NCBI GenBank assembly: GCA_039799905.1
Contig: JBDLRP010000031.1
Span: 1-43,683 of the forward strand
DNA: 43,683 bases
Source: Pseudomonadota bacterium
GTDB lineage: Bacteria > Bdellovibrionota_B > Oligoflexia > Silvanigrellales > Silvanigrellaceae
Direction of reading: 5' to 3'
The notes under the pieces are model-generated. The model was not told the DNA's origin and did no database searches. It saw only the letters and a list, made by a program, of their open reading frames with translations. Shown in pieces: positions 1-8,504 of this stretch (positions within the stretch are counted from its first letter, which is position 1; each line of letters opens with the position of its first letter). The translations under genes and the position numbers were made by a program.

Positions 1-224
1 GCGATCATCACATCACCAGTTCCGCAGGCGACATCAAAAAGCACTCCCTGTCTGTCGGGTAATGTCGGCAACTGGGCGACAAGCGCTTTTCTCCAGCGCA
101 CGTCCTGACGCGCACTGAGCAATCGATTGAGAAGGTCATAACGCGAGGCGATGCGATCGAACATCACCTGCACGCGTTGGGATTTTTCACTGAGTCGCAA
201 AAGATCATTGGGTCTGTAGACCAC
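1..224 (-). CDS. ubiE: UbiE/MenG family quinone C-methyltransferase (5' part; runs off the window edge)
   Basis: Manual translation from GTG at 224 (RBS GAGG) gives ...VQVMFDRIASRYDLLNRLLS..DVRWRK..VLFDVACGTGD, the typical UbiE N-terminus plus SAM-binding motif I. Not in the ORF track because it is truncated. Confidence 0.85.
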   Translation of the reverse strand, partial: MVYRPNDLLRLSEKSQRVQVMFDRIASRYDLLNRLLSARQDVRWRKALVAQLPTLPDRQGVLFDVACGTGDVMI

Positions 225-328
225 GGGTTTCCTCGCAGTATTCACGTTTCGCAAAAGTAGCAAAACTGGCAAGCCGTGTTTACGACTGACAGTGAAAATA
301 GGCAACCAAATGAAGGGCCCGTAAGAGA

Positions 329-964
329 TTAGCCTGCGGAAAGTATCCGGCTGAGATGTCGCTCATCCACACACCTGACCTCGACACCTTCGGACGGCAG
401 CGGAGTCTTGCCCGCAGGCCAGACAAACGCCCGCCCTGCCTGCAGCGTCACACCGTAGTCGGATTGCCCTACAATTTGGCGATTCCAGTCATTGAGCAAG
501 TCGCGAAAGAGTCGTCCCACCTCGCCGGCCGGCACCACTCCCCAGCCGACTTCGGCAGTGACCAGCAAAACCGGACAGGTTTGTGCCAAAAGTGCTTCCA
601 TGAGCTGCGAAAATTCAATTTCAAGATGCACACGCAGCTGGCTCATCGAGTAGCGCGACGTTCCGTTGTGAATGTGCGCGGCCAACCAGAGATTCAAACA
701 ATCCATCACAAACACGTCGCAACCGGCAGTCAGCGGCAGACCGCCGGCGGAATCGGCGGGCCACGACCACGGCCCGTCAAAGGTCGTCCAGTTCGGGTCC
801 CGCGATGATTTGAGCGCCTGGAGTCTTTCCTCCCACAGAGGATCTTGCGACTGCGGCAGGGCCGTGCCCCACCACGCCACCTTACCGAATTGCTTGCAAA
901 CCTGCGCTGCAAGATCGGTCTTGCCCGAACGCGCACCGCCGAGAATAGTCATCCACTTTGCCAT
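329..964 (-). CDS. cobU: CobU/CobP-like adenosylcobinamide kinase/guanylyltransferase
   Basis: P-loop GGARSGKT, DCLNLWL, EVGWGVVP and RLFRDLL..WNR match CobU family motifs. Confidence 0.75.
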   Translation of the reverse strand: MAKWMTILGGARSGKTDLAAQVCKQFGKVAWWGTALPQSQDPLWEERLQALKSSRDPNWTTFDGPWSWPADSAGGLPLTAGCDVFVMDCLNLWLAAHIHNGTSRYSMSQLRVHLEIEFSQLMEALLAQTCPVLLVTAEVGWGVVPAGEVGRLFRDLLNDWNRQIVGQSDYGVTLQAGRAFVWPAGKTPLPSEGVEVRCVDERHLSRILSAG

Positions 965-966
965 AT

Positions 967-1980
967 TCAGGGCCTCTTACGCTCGGTGAATTTCATCACA
1001 ACCTCAATCAGCGCGGCAATCCTTTCGGCGGAAACGATCTCAAGAGTGTCCTGCGGCGTGTGCCATTCCTGCAGGTTGGTCCAATCGATGACGTGAATAA
1101 ACGGAATTCCCAGCCGCATGAACGGAACATGATCATCCTCAACGACAAGAGGAACTCTCTTGACTGGCACGCTTCCGCGCAGGGCGATGAACTGCTCGGA
1201 GAGCAGATTGTCGCTGCCTTCCGTAATAAACAGATTCTGCTTTTTATGACCAATCATATCCAGATTCATAAACAGGCGGACGGGCTTTTTTTTCCAAAGA
1301 AGTGTTTGTCCGCTGCGTGGAAGTCTGTTCACAAATTCTCTTGAACCGTAAAGATTGTCACGCTGCCCGAACAACCGCTCACCATCGGTCCACTCTGGAA
1401 GGAATGCCTCTTCCCCGTCAAAGAAAACCAAAACAATGTCGCAGTCAAACCACGTTCCGCCCGATTTTTGCTTTGGTGAAAGGGCATGCGCCGGATGCAT
1501 CCACAACCTTGCAAGTTCGAGCATAAGTGCCGTCGACGATCCACCGTCATTGGCTCCGACAAACTTCACACCCTCAGGAAAATACTTGCTGTCGTAATGG
1601 CCGCCGATGATGAATGCGCAGTCATCCACTCCTGCGCGTGAGGCCACGACGTTGCGACCAACTCGCGTGACCAAACTCTTGTCCTTGATACTGCCAGTCG
1701 GAGTTTTCACCGAAAATCGCTGCTCTTCGGCTTTCCAGCCGCGCGCACTCAGCAGCTCCGTCATCCAGCGGGCAAGACGCTTTTGCTCAGGACTGCCCAT
1801 CGGATGCGGGGATTGTGTGATGACCCGCAGAGATTTTTCAATGTTCGCCGGATTCGGCGCAGAGGCCTTCATCGCAAACTGCCCCGCCGGCGGATAACCG
1901 ACGGCGTCAATTGCATGTGCTGTATGGGTTGTGAGAGCGGGCCCAAGGTGTTCGAATAGCCAACACGTCAGCCAAAGCAT
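967..1980 (-). CDS. M28 family metallopeptidase / glutaminyl-peptide cyclotransferase-like, probably exported
   Basis: HYDSK, GANDGGSS, FFDGEEAF, LYGSR, LDMIG, EDDHVPF and WHTPQD motifs. Start set at ATG 1980 because the longer ORF overlaps surE; start uncertain. Confidence 0.8.
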   Translation of the reverse strand: MLWLTCWLFEHLGPALTTHTAHAIDAVGYPPAGQFAMKASAPNPANIEKSLRVITQSPHPMGSPEQKRLARWMTELLSARGWKAEEQRFSVKTPTGSIKDKSLVTRVGRNVVASRAGVDDCAFIIGGHYDSKYFPEGVKFVGANDGGSSTALMLELARLWMHPAHALSPKQKSGGTWFDCDIVLVFFDGEEAFLPEWTDGERLFGQRDNLYGSREFVNRLPRSGQTLLWKKKPVRLFMNLDMIGHKKQNLFITEGSDNLLSEQFIALRGSVPVKRVPLVVEDDHVPFMRLGIPFIHVIDWTNLQEWHTPQDTLEIVSAERIAALIEVVMKFTERKRP

Positions 1981-2075
1981 GAACAGCAAGCGCGAAACTT
2001 GCCGGAGCCGCTGCTTGGCAGAGCAAAAAAATGTGGGTATCACACCGCCACCTTCTAAACACGGGGAGCACTCAA

Positions 2076-2861
2076 ATGCGGATCCTATTGTGTAACGATG
2101 ACGGATACCAAGCAATGGGTATCCAAACATTGGCAGCAACTCTCAAAGCAGCTGGACACGACGTTACGATTGTTGCTCCGCATGAAGAACGCAGCGGACA
2201 ATCGCATGCAATGACGTTTTTCCGTCCTGTACTGGTGCGCAAAATCGACGAAAAAACCTACTCCGTTTACGGCACACCCGCTGACTGTGCTTTCTTGGCC
2301 TTGCACGACATCCTCAAGGGCACCACGTTTGATTTGGTGATTTCGGGTATCAACCATGGTCTGAACGTCGGCTGGGATGTCAATTACAGTGGCACAGTCG
2401 GTGCAGCCACTGAGGCCGCATCGTTGGGCTATCGAGCGATTGCTGTCTCTGTTGATCTTGAGGGCTGCACAACTCAGGAACTCATGAAAAAAGCTTTTCA
2501 GAATGCAGCCGAGCTCGCCCTGTGGTTCGCCGAACGCAGCGAATCTATCCGCTGGCCGAAACTCGAAGTGCTTAATCTCAATCACCCCGGACTGCAGATG
2601 AAGGGCCTGCGCACAGCTGCATGCGGCTCTATCAGCGTCTACGTCCCGACTGCACACAAGCTTACAACCCAAGAGCTCAGCCAGCAGGGAACTTCGGTCT
2701 ACCTGATCGGTGGTCAGGCCCGCCGCGGCAGCGAAAAAATCGATGAGGACGTCAATCTCATTCAGGCTGGCTATGCGACGGCAAGTTTTCTGGAAGTCAG
2801 GCAAGCAAGCACAACCAACACCGCGAACCTCACTGAGCTGACAGAGTCGTTCAAATCCTGA
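2076..2861 (+). CDS. surE: 5'/3'-nucleotidase SurE
   Basis: MRILLCNDDG, SGQSHAMT, GTPADC, SGINHGLN and YSGTVGAA motifs; RBS GGGGAG before ATG 2076. Confidence 0.93.
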   Translation: MRILLCNDDGYQAMGIQTLAATLKAAGHDVTIVAPHEERSGQSHAMTFFRPVLVRKIDEKTYSVYGTPADCAFLALHDILKGTTFDLVISGINHGLNVGWDVNYSGTVGAATEAASLGYRAIAVSVDLEGCTTQELMKKAFQNAAELALWFAERSESIRWPKLEVLNLNHPGLQMKGLRTAACGSISVYVPTAHKLTTQELSQQGTSVYLIGGQARRGSEKIDEDVNLIQAGYATASFLEVRQASTTNTANLTELTESFKS

Positions 2862-2866
2862 GTTTT

Positions 2867-3988
2867 ATGACAAGCACATCACGTGAAAAATCTGCGCAAG
2901 ACGCTTCTTGGGCTCGAGAGCTTCGGGCAGGGCTTGTGACGCTCGACCAGCTTGCCGAACGCGGCTGGCTTGACCCAAACACTCCGCGCGATGCTTTGCG
3001 CAGCGCACAATCAGCACTGGACGTACGTGTTCCGCAGGCATTCCACGCAGGCATTGCAGACGGCGACCTTTCACTCGCACGTCAGTTCATTCCGTCGGGC
3101 GAAGAAGTTGAAATCGCAGTTGAAGAATTTTCAGACCCAATCGGCGACGAGGTTTTTTCACCCGTGCAGGGTTTGACTCACCGCTATCCGGATCGGGTGC
3201 TCGTCAAAATTACCTATCAGTGCGCCGTCTACTGTCGATTCTGTTTTCGCAGACACAAGGTTTCCCACAGCGAAGAGAATCTCAGCTACGAAGCTCTGCA
3301 GGCCGCATACGAATATGTTGAACAGCACGAGCAAATCCGCGAAGTGATTTTTACCGGCGGCGATCCGCTTGTACTGACGGACGCCCGTTTGGAGCCGCAC
3401 CTGCGCCGCATCGAACAAATTCCTCACGTTGAATCGATCCGCTTTCACACGCGTGTGCCGGTCGCACTGCCCGAAAGAATAACTCCCGAGTTGTGCACAC
3501 GCCTTGCAAATCTTCAAAAGATGGCTTGGGTAGTCATTCACACCAATTGCGCCAGTGAATTGAACGAGAACGCACTCGCCGCCTTGGCCCGCCTGAGGTC
3601 AGCGGGCATTCCGCTCGCAGCACAGTCGGTGCTGCTCAAGGGCGTCAATGATTCGACTGCAGCTTTGGAACAGCTTTTTCGTGCCCTGTATCGCAACGGA
3701 ATCAAGCCCTACTATTTGCACTATCCTGATTTAGCTAAGGGAACTGGACACTTCCGCATACGCCTGAGCTCCGCAAAAGAAATCTTTGACGCTCTAAAGG
3801 GAAACCTTCCCGGTTTGGCGATTCCCCAATTGACCGTCGATATTCCTCAGGGTCACGGTAAGATAGCCGTCAGTGACGACACTTGCAGAATGCTCGTTCC
3901 GCAACAGAACTCGCACTTGGGCGAGGTGTGGGAAATGCGCAGCCCACTGAACGGAAGCTGGGTTCAAGTCCAATATCCCCACAGCTAA
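2867..3988 (+). CDS. KamA family radical SAM protein (EF-P beta-lysylation EpmB / lysine 2,3-aminomutase)
   Basis: HRYPDRV, CAVYCRFCFR (CxxxCxxC), TGGDPL, QSVLLKGVND and PYYLH..D motifs. Confidence 0.88.
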   Translation: MTSTSREKSAQDASWARELRAGLVTLDQLAERGWLDPNTPRDALRSAQSALDVRVPQAFHAGIADGDLSLARQFIPSGEEVEIAVEEFSDPIGDEVFSPVQGLTHRYPDRVLVKITYQCAVYCRFCFRRHKVSHSEENLSYEALQAAYEYVEQHEQIREVIFTGGDPLVLTDARLEPHLRRIEQIPHVESIRFHTRVPVALPERITPELCTRLANLQKMAWVVIHTNCASELNENALAALARLRSAGIPLAAQSVLLKGVNDSTAALEQLFRALYRNGIKPYYLHYPDLAKGTGHFRIRLSSAKEIFDALKGNLPGLAIPQLTVDIPQGHGKIAVSDDTCRMLVPQQNSHLGEVWEMRSPLNGSWVQVQYPHS

Positions 3989-3999
3989 AATCAAACCCC

Positions 4000-4026
4000 T
4001 AAAGTTCAGAAAGACCCCGCCGAAAA
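4000..4026 (+). promoter_or_regulatory. Sigma28 (FliA/SigD)-type promoter upstream of the pilin gene
   Basis: TAAA(4000-4003)-N15-GCCGAAAA(4019-4026) versus consensus TAAA-N15-GCCGATAA; one mismatch, with the -35 extended as TAAAGTT. Confidence 0.65.
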
Positions 4027-4066
4027 TGCTTTCAGAGGGAAGCGTCAGCTTCCGTAGGAGGCGGAT

Positions 4067-4597
4067 ATGAGAAAATCAATAGCAAAAAATCTACCCTTAA
4101 CCCGTTCTGCGGCCGGCTTTACGCTCGTTGAGCTGATGGTGGTTGTGGCAATTATCGGCATCTTGGCTGCGGTGGCCGGACCACGCGTTCAAGCGTTCCG
4201 TGCGCGCGGCATTCAGTCCGAGGCAAAAGCAAATCTCAACAGCATCTATCTCGCCCAATCGGCATATTTGGATGCGAACGACAAGTTCTTTTCGGGTGAC
4301 GGTAGTGTGGTCGACTGCAGTGCTAAGGTTGGAGCAGACTGCGGCACAGACTTCGCTTTCCGCCAACTTGCGACTTCCAAGTATAATTATTCTATTGCAG
4401 GCAAAGACAACGCATGGGCTGCTCAGGCCGCGAGCAAGGCGAAATTGCTCAACGATAAGACCGACACATGGAGAATCAACGCCAGCAAAGTGCTTTGCGC
4501 CCCTGTGGATGCCGTGACTAAAAAATCAGGTGCGGACAACAACTGCAGCGCCGAGACGACGCTCAAGCTCGATGACGCTGTCGACTCCGCTCAATGA
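4067..4597 (+). CDS. Type IV pilin (PilA-like)
   Basis: Class III signal G/FTLVELMVVVAIIGILAAVA, SEAKANL helix, Cys pairs, strong AGGAGG RBS. Confidence 0.88.
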   Translation: MRKSIAKNLPLTRSAAGFTLVELMVVVAIIGILAAVAGPRVQAFRARGIQSEAKANLNSIYLAQSAYLDANDKFFSGDGSVVDCSAKVGADCGTDFAFRQLATSKYNYSIAGKDNAWAAQAASKAKLLNDKTDTWRINASKVLCAPVDAVTKKSGADNNCSAETTLKLDDAVDSAQ

Positions 4598-4640
4598 CCA
4601 CATCGGCGCACACTTCTTGCGCCACAGAACTTGCGACCCA

Positions 4641-4683
4641 CACCGGAGTGTGCTACGAGGCACAGCTCCGGTGCTGTTGTTTT
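4641..4683 (+). terminator. Probable intrinsic terminator / stem-loop after the pilin gene
   Basis: caccggag-tgtgc pairs with gcaca(g)ctccggtg (4641-4673), followed by a T-rich tract ctgttgtttt. Confidence 0.5.
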
Positions 4684-4766
4684 GGGCTTTTGACGCCTGA
4701 ACTACAGTTGTTTTCCTAGGAATGTTAGTTTTTTAGTCTGCAGAACGAAATTGTCAGGAGGTTCCA

Positions 4767-4877
4767 GTGCACGGTTCACGCCACAGAAGAAAGCATCCCA
4801 AAGGTCGTCGTAAGGTTGGTCGCAAGAAGCGTCGTCTTCTCCGCCGCCGTCGCGCAGCGAGAACCGGTGGCAAGTAA
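4767..4877 (+). CDS. Small (36 aa) highly basic protein, putative ribosome/RNA-binding
   Basis: AGGAGG 5 nt before GTG 4767; translates as MHGSRHRRKHPKGRRKVGRKKRRLLRRRRAARTGGK*; followed by its own terminator. Below the ORF-track size cutoff. Confidence 0.75.
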   Translation: MHGSRHRRKHPKGRRKVGRKKRRLLRRRRAARTGGK

Positions 4878-4928
4878 GCCTTGCTGAAGGGTACCTGCAC
4901 CAGCAGGCCCTTCGGATATCGCCACTAC

Positions 4929-4960
4929 AAAAGACTCGGGAGACGTCCCGGGTCTTTTTT
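4929..4960 (+). terminator. Rho-independent terminator after the small basic ORF
   Basis: aaaagactcggga-gacg-tcccgggtctttttt stem-loop with a U-tract. Confidence 0.85.
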
Positions 4961-5061
4961 CATGCCCAATGAAATTCTTCTCCAGGCAAAAACTTTGCTT
5001 GCAGGCACCTGCCTCAAATCACCTCTCAGGGATTGCCTCACATGCCGGCAGGCGAGCTTAG

Positions 5062-5148
5062 TTATCCACAAGTTATCCACATGGCCAGTTGTCCAAGAAA
5101 CTCTTGTGCGCGTTGCTGCAAAATGACGCCCTCACAGGCTTATGCACA
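5062..5148 (+). promoter_or_regulatory. Cluster of DnaA boxes
   Basis: Perfect TTATCCACA at 5062-5070 and 5073-5081 (tandem 11-bp unit AGTTATCCACA x2) and TTATGCACA at 5140-5148. Confidence 0.65.
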
Positions 5149-5178
5149 AAAAAAAACCGAGGCCGCTCGGGCCTCGGT
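5148..5178 (-). terminator. Rho-independent terminator of rplM-rpsI
   Basis: accgaggcc/ggcctcggt 9-bp stem (5156-5178) followed on the minus strand by a long T run. Confidence 0.85.
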
Positions 5179-5207
5179 CGATCGCCGCTGCGAAGCGGGC
5201 TTTTGAA

Positions 5208-5600
5208 TTAACGCTTCGAGAACTGGAAGCGTGCGCGGGCTGAACGCAAACCATAGAGTTTACGCTCTTTGCTGCGCGGGTCACGCGTAACAAAGCCTGC
5301 AGCCTTGAGCGTCGGGCGAAGTTCTGCGTTGTACGCCATCAGTGCACGGGTGATACCGTGACGGATTGCGCCAGCCTGACCGGAAAGTCCGCCGCCGATG
5401 ACGTTGACGTTGATGTCAACCTTACCGTTGAGGGCAACGAGCTTAAGAGCCTGCTCGACAACCATGCGCGAAGTCGGACGCTTGAAGTAATCTTCAAGAG
5501 TGCGGGAATTGACCGTGATCTTTCCCTTGCCTTCCTTGAGATAAACGCGGGCAATTGCAGTTTTGCGTTTGCCGAGACCGGTGAAATATTTGATGGCCAT
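5208..5600 (-). CDS. rpsI: 30S ribosomal protein S9
   Basis: [29 protein letters not shown] and C-terminal QFSKR. Confidence 0.98.
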   Translation of the reverse strand: MAIKYFTGLGKRKTAIARVYLKEGKGKITVNSRTLEDYFKRPTSRMVVEQALKLVALNGKVDINVNVIGGGLSGQAGAIRHGITRALMAYNAELRPTLKAAGFVTRDPRSKERKLYGLRSARARFQFSKR

Positions 5601-5642
5601 TTTTGAAGCCTTCCTTAATTAATCCGTTAAAACCAAAGTGAT

Positions 5643-6089
5643 TTAAGCTTTCGTGCGGGCAGGAAGCTGTTCAGGCTTCTGCGCTGCATGAGGATGCTCA
5701 GTTCCCGTGTAAACCTTCAGGTTTCTGAACAACTCACGGCCGAGCACGTTGTGCGGAAGCATGCCCTTGACTGCGAGCTCGATGAGACGCTCTGGGTGCT
5801 TTGCACGGATGTCAGCAGCAGTGAAGGACTTCAAACCACCAAAGTAACCTGTGTGGCGGTAGTACATCTTCGTGTTTTCCTTGGTGCCCGCCAGACGGAT
5901 TTTTTCTGCATTGATGACGATGATGTTGTCACCGGTGTCAATGTGCGGGGTGAAGATGGGCTTGTGTTTGCCGCGCAGAATATAGGCGATTTGCGAAGCA
6001 AGACGGCCGAGGGTTTGTCCTTCGGCGTCGACAATAAACCACTTCTTCTGAACTTCAGATGGCTTGGCGCTGTATGTTTTCATTTCCAA
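5643..6089 (-). CDS. rplM: 50S ribosomal protein L13
   Basis: [38 protein letters not shown] and HPHAAQKP. Confidence 0.98.
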   Translation of the reverse strand: MEMKTYSAKPSEVQKKWFIVDAEGQTLGRLASQIAYILRGKHKPIFTPHIDTGDNIIVINAEKIRLAGTKENTKMYYRHTGYFGGLKSFTAADIRAKHPERLIELAVKGMLPHNVLGRELFRNLKVYTGTEHPHAAQKPEQLPARTKA

Positions 6090-6398
6090 AACTCCACGCG
6101 ATTTTCACAACAGAAAACCACATTGTAACTGCTCCGCATTCATTTGTTTTTGACATCTCTGAAACCCAAACCACAGGGCGTTATCACAACGCAAAGTCTG
6201 AACTCCCAAGACGCCGGCCACTTGTGAACCGACGGATGTTGTCTGCAAGCGTGACCAAAACGCATAACGCCGGATGAACACCGTGGAGGGGCTTCTGTCC
6301 GCCGAATCTGCGCGTGCCAGTCATCTGACACACACGCAAAAGACAACCTCTGCGAACCCGGCCTGACCGGGCATAATAGACGCAGGCTGCCCCTTATA

Positions 6399-7622
6399 GT
6401 GAGAGGACACGCTGTGGTCAACCTTGATTTGCTATCCAAAAACGCAGCCACCCTTTTACCTGTTGGAGGGGTGGTCGACACCGTCGTCGTGAGGCTTGGC
6501 CGCCTGTTGGCCAACAAACTCTTGGAGAGTGGCTGCACAACGGCTGCACAGCTTCTAACATATGAGCAAAATGAAGCAGTTGCACATGAAGAATGTGATC
6601 TTTATCTCGTCGAACTCGAATGTGATTTAATTAACAATATCAAGTCAATAACAGCTCTATCGGCCCTTCAGTCGCGGTTGGCTTTGGTCGAGGACAGGCT
6701 GCTGACCCTGCTGGCCCAGCGGGCCCGCAAAGAACTCAACACAATCAATGAAGATCCGCCTCTGGCGACCCGTCTGGCACACGAAATCGAGGCCATTGTT
6801 TCCACCTCACCGCTGCGCGGTGCCCAGGGAAGTGAATTTGAACGATTGCAGGCCACCCTGCTGTCGGCCAGTCATAGCACCTGCCAGACCCTGCTCGGCA
6901 AACCGCACATCAGTTGGACCGATGTGATGAAGGCCGACAAGCCCATCCCCGCGGCTGATTTGCTGCACTGGGGGAGCCGTTTGGCGCAAGGGGTGTCGCT
7001 CCTGAGCAGCGTCATGCAACGCCTCGAGGGCTTCTTTGGCAAAGACCCGACCGAGGAGAGCAACCGTGGTGCACCTGCCACCTACCGACAGCTCTACAAA
7101 TTCAGGCAAAAACCACTGCACAGGGTGGGGCAGGGAAAAGGCCCAACCGGCAAACTCCTGCGACGCCGCTGGGAAGATGAATCCGCCCAGCTCATTGCAG
7201 AGCGAAACTTCCATGCTTTTGCCGTCTGTGTGGATAATGTGTTGACAACCATGTCCGAGCATCTCGACGTCTGGGACAAATACGAAATGCACCGCACGGC
7301 AAAACTGAAGCCGCGCCTCATTGAAGTGGAAAACTTTTTTTACGTCGACGGCATTCGCAGATCACTTCACCAGCTCGGCGAAACTCTCGAAGACGCACTC
7401 ATCTGTGCCGACAAACTGCTCGACTATTGCCAAGAGAATTGTGTTGCCGCCGCCGAACTGATGGACGATGAGATTTGGTCGCTCTACCCAAAGATCAACC
7501 GTGAGAATTTGAAACAGGCAAGACTCAAGGTGCGCCACTCCGACCGCTTCTTTCCGTTGAGTGTCGCGCACAGGGATTGGATCAGTCAGCTGTCTGAACA
7601 AGCTCTGGCGCCGCGGGTTTGA
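6399..7622 (+). CDS. Hypothetical helical protein, possibly a degenerate argininosuccinate lyase-like (fumarase superfamily) protein
   Basis: 407-aa ORF. Its C-terminus (ADKLLDYCQENCVAAAELMDDEIWSLYPKI) resembles the ASL C-terminal domain by eye; no SSxMPxKxN signature. Start uncertain. Confidence 0.4.
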   Translation: MRGHAVVNLDLLSKNAATLLPVGGVVDTVVVRLGRLLANKLLESGCTTAAQLLTYEQNEAVAHEECDLYLVELECDLINNIKSITALSALQSRLALVEDRLLTLLAQRARKELNTINEDPPLATRLAHEIEAIVSTSPLRGAQGSEFERLQATLLSASHSTCQTLLGKPHISWTDVMKADKPIPAADLLHWGSRLAQGVSLLSSVMQRLEGFFGKDPTEESNRGAPATYRQLYKFRQKPLHRVGQGKGPTGKLLRRRWEDESAQLIAERNFHAFAVCVDNVLTTMSEHLDVWDKYEMHRTAKLKPRLIEVENFFYVDGIRRSLHQLGETLEDALICADKLLDYCQENCVAAAELMDDEIWSLYPKINRENLKQARLKVRHSDRFFPLSVAHRDWISQLSEQALAPRV

Positions 7623-8415
7623 CCTGCGGCTGTGCGGGTGAGCCCTCGTCACCAAATTCGGGTGCAGCCTCGTAGAATTTTTCGCCAATCAGAATAACGA
7701 TGGGCGAGAACAACTCATCCTGCTGCAGCAAAACGTGGTGAGCTTTGGCAAGCTCCAAGGTCGCCATGATGGTCACAATCAGATCGTAGCGAGTTTCGCA
7801 GTCCTCGAACAATTCACGCAGGGTCACCTGCTGCGTCAGCTCGAGGCGGCGCTTGATGACCACCATGCGGCTCTGGATTGTTACTTTCTGTGCGCGCACC
7901 TTTACCGTAGGCGCAGTCTGGCTTTGCGCAAATCGCAAAAGCATGCGCTCGAAGGCAATCACCAGCGAAAACGAGTCGCCCTTTATGGGAGCAAGCAACT
8001 TGTCGAATTCGTCTTCGCGCCGGATGCACTCACCGCTTGGAAAGACGTCGCGGCCAAGAATACTCAGTCGGTCGAGCCTCTCGCAGGCTTCGCGGATGGC
8101 CTCGAATTCCAAAAGAGATTCCACCAGCGGACGGCGGGGGTCGTCTGCGGGAATGTCTTCAAGCGATTGCGCATCTACGAGTTTGTTTTGCAACGCAGGG
8201 ACCAGCAGGTTGGCCTTGATCTCCAAAAGCTGCGCGGCCATCGCCAGAAACTCGCCTGCCGAATGAAAATCGAGCATCGGAGCGTTGCGCAAAAAAACCA
8301 GATATTGTTCGGCAACAAGAGAAATAGGAATGTTGAAAATATTGATTTCCTGCTGCTTGATGAGATGCAGCAGGAGGTCGAGCGGACCATCAAAATTTTC
8401 AAGGCGCAGATACAT
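7582..8415 (-). CDS. scpA: Segregation and condensation protein A (kleisin)
   Basis: MYLRLENFDGPLDLLLHLI, EFLAMAAQLLEIKA, DPRRPLV and IVTIMATLELAK..QDELFSPI; start set at ATG 8415. Confidence 0.92.
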   Translation of the reverse strand: MYLRLENFDGPLDLLLHLIKQQEINIFNIPISLVAEQYLVFLRNAPMLDFHSAGEFLAMAAQLLEIKANLLVPALQNKLVDAQSLEDIPADDPRRPLVESLLEFEAIREACERLDRLSILGRDVFPSGECIRREDEFDKLLAPIKGDSFSLVIAFERMLLRFAQSQTAPTVKVRAQKVTIQSRMVVIKRRLELTQQVTLRELFEDCETRYDLIVTIMATLELAKAHHVLLQQDELFSPIVILIGEKFYEAAPEFGDEGSPAQPQVKPAAPELVQTAD

Positions 8416-8504
8416 GCTTTTTTTGCTCAAATGTTCCGTGTGCGGGTAAGATACGCACAGCATCTGTCTCTGGCAAACCCACAGAACCGTGGAGCTACCC
8501 GTAA

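Noticed and set aside
4881..5126. 81-aa ORF in the ORF track
   Set aside because: It runs through a clear terminator and the DnaA boxes, has no RBS and no recognisable motifs.
6090..6398. Possible rplM leader RNA or riboswitch
   Set aside because: I could not identify a recognisable conserved structure by eye; it needs an Infernal/Rfam search.
7229..7237. Single perfect DnaA box TGTGGATAA
   Set aside because: Isolated and inside a CDS (Val-Asp-Asn codons); compatible with chance.
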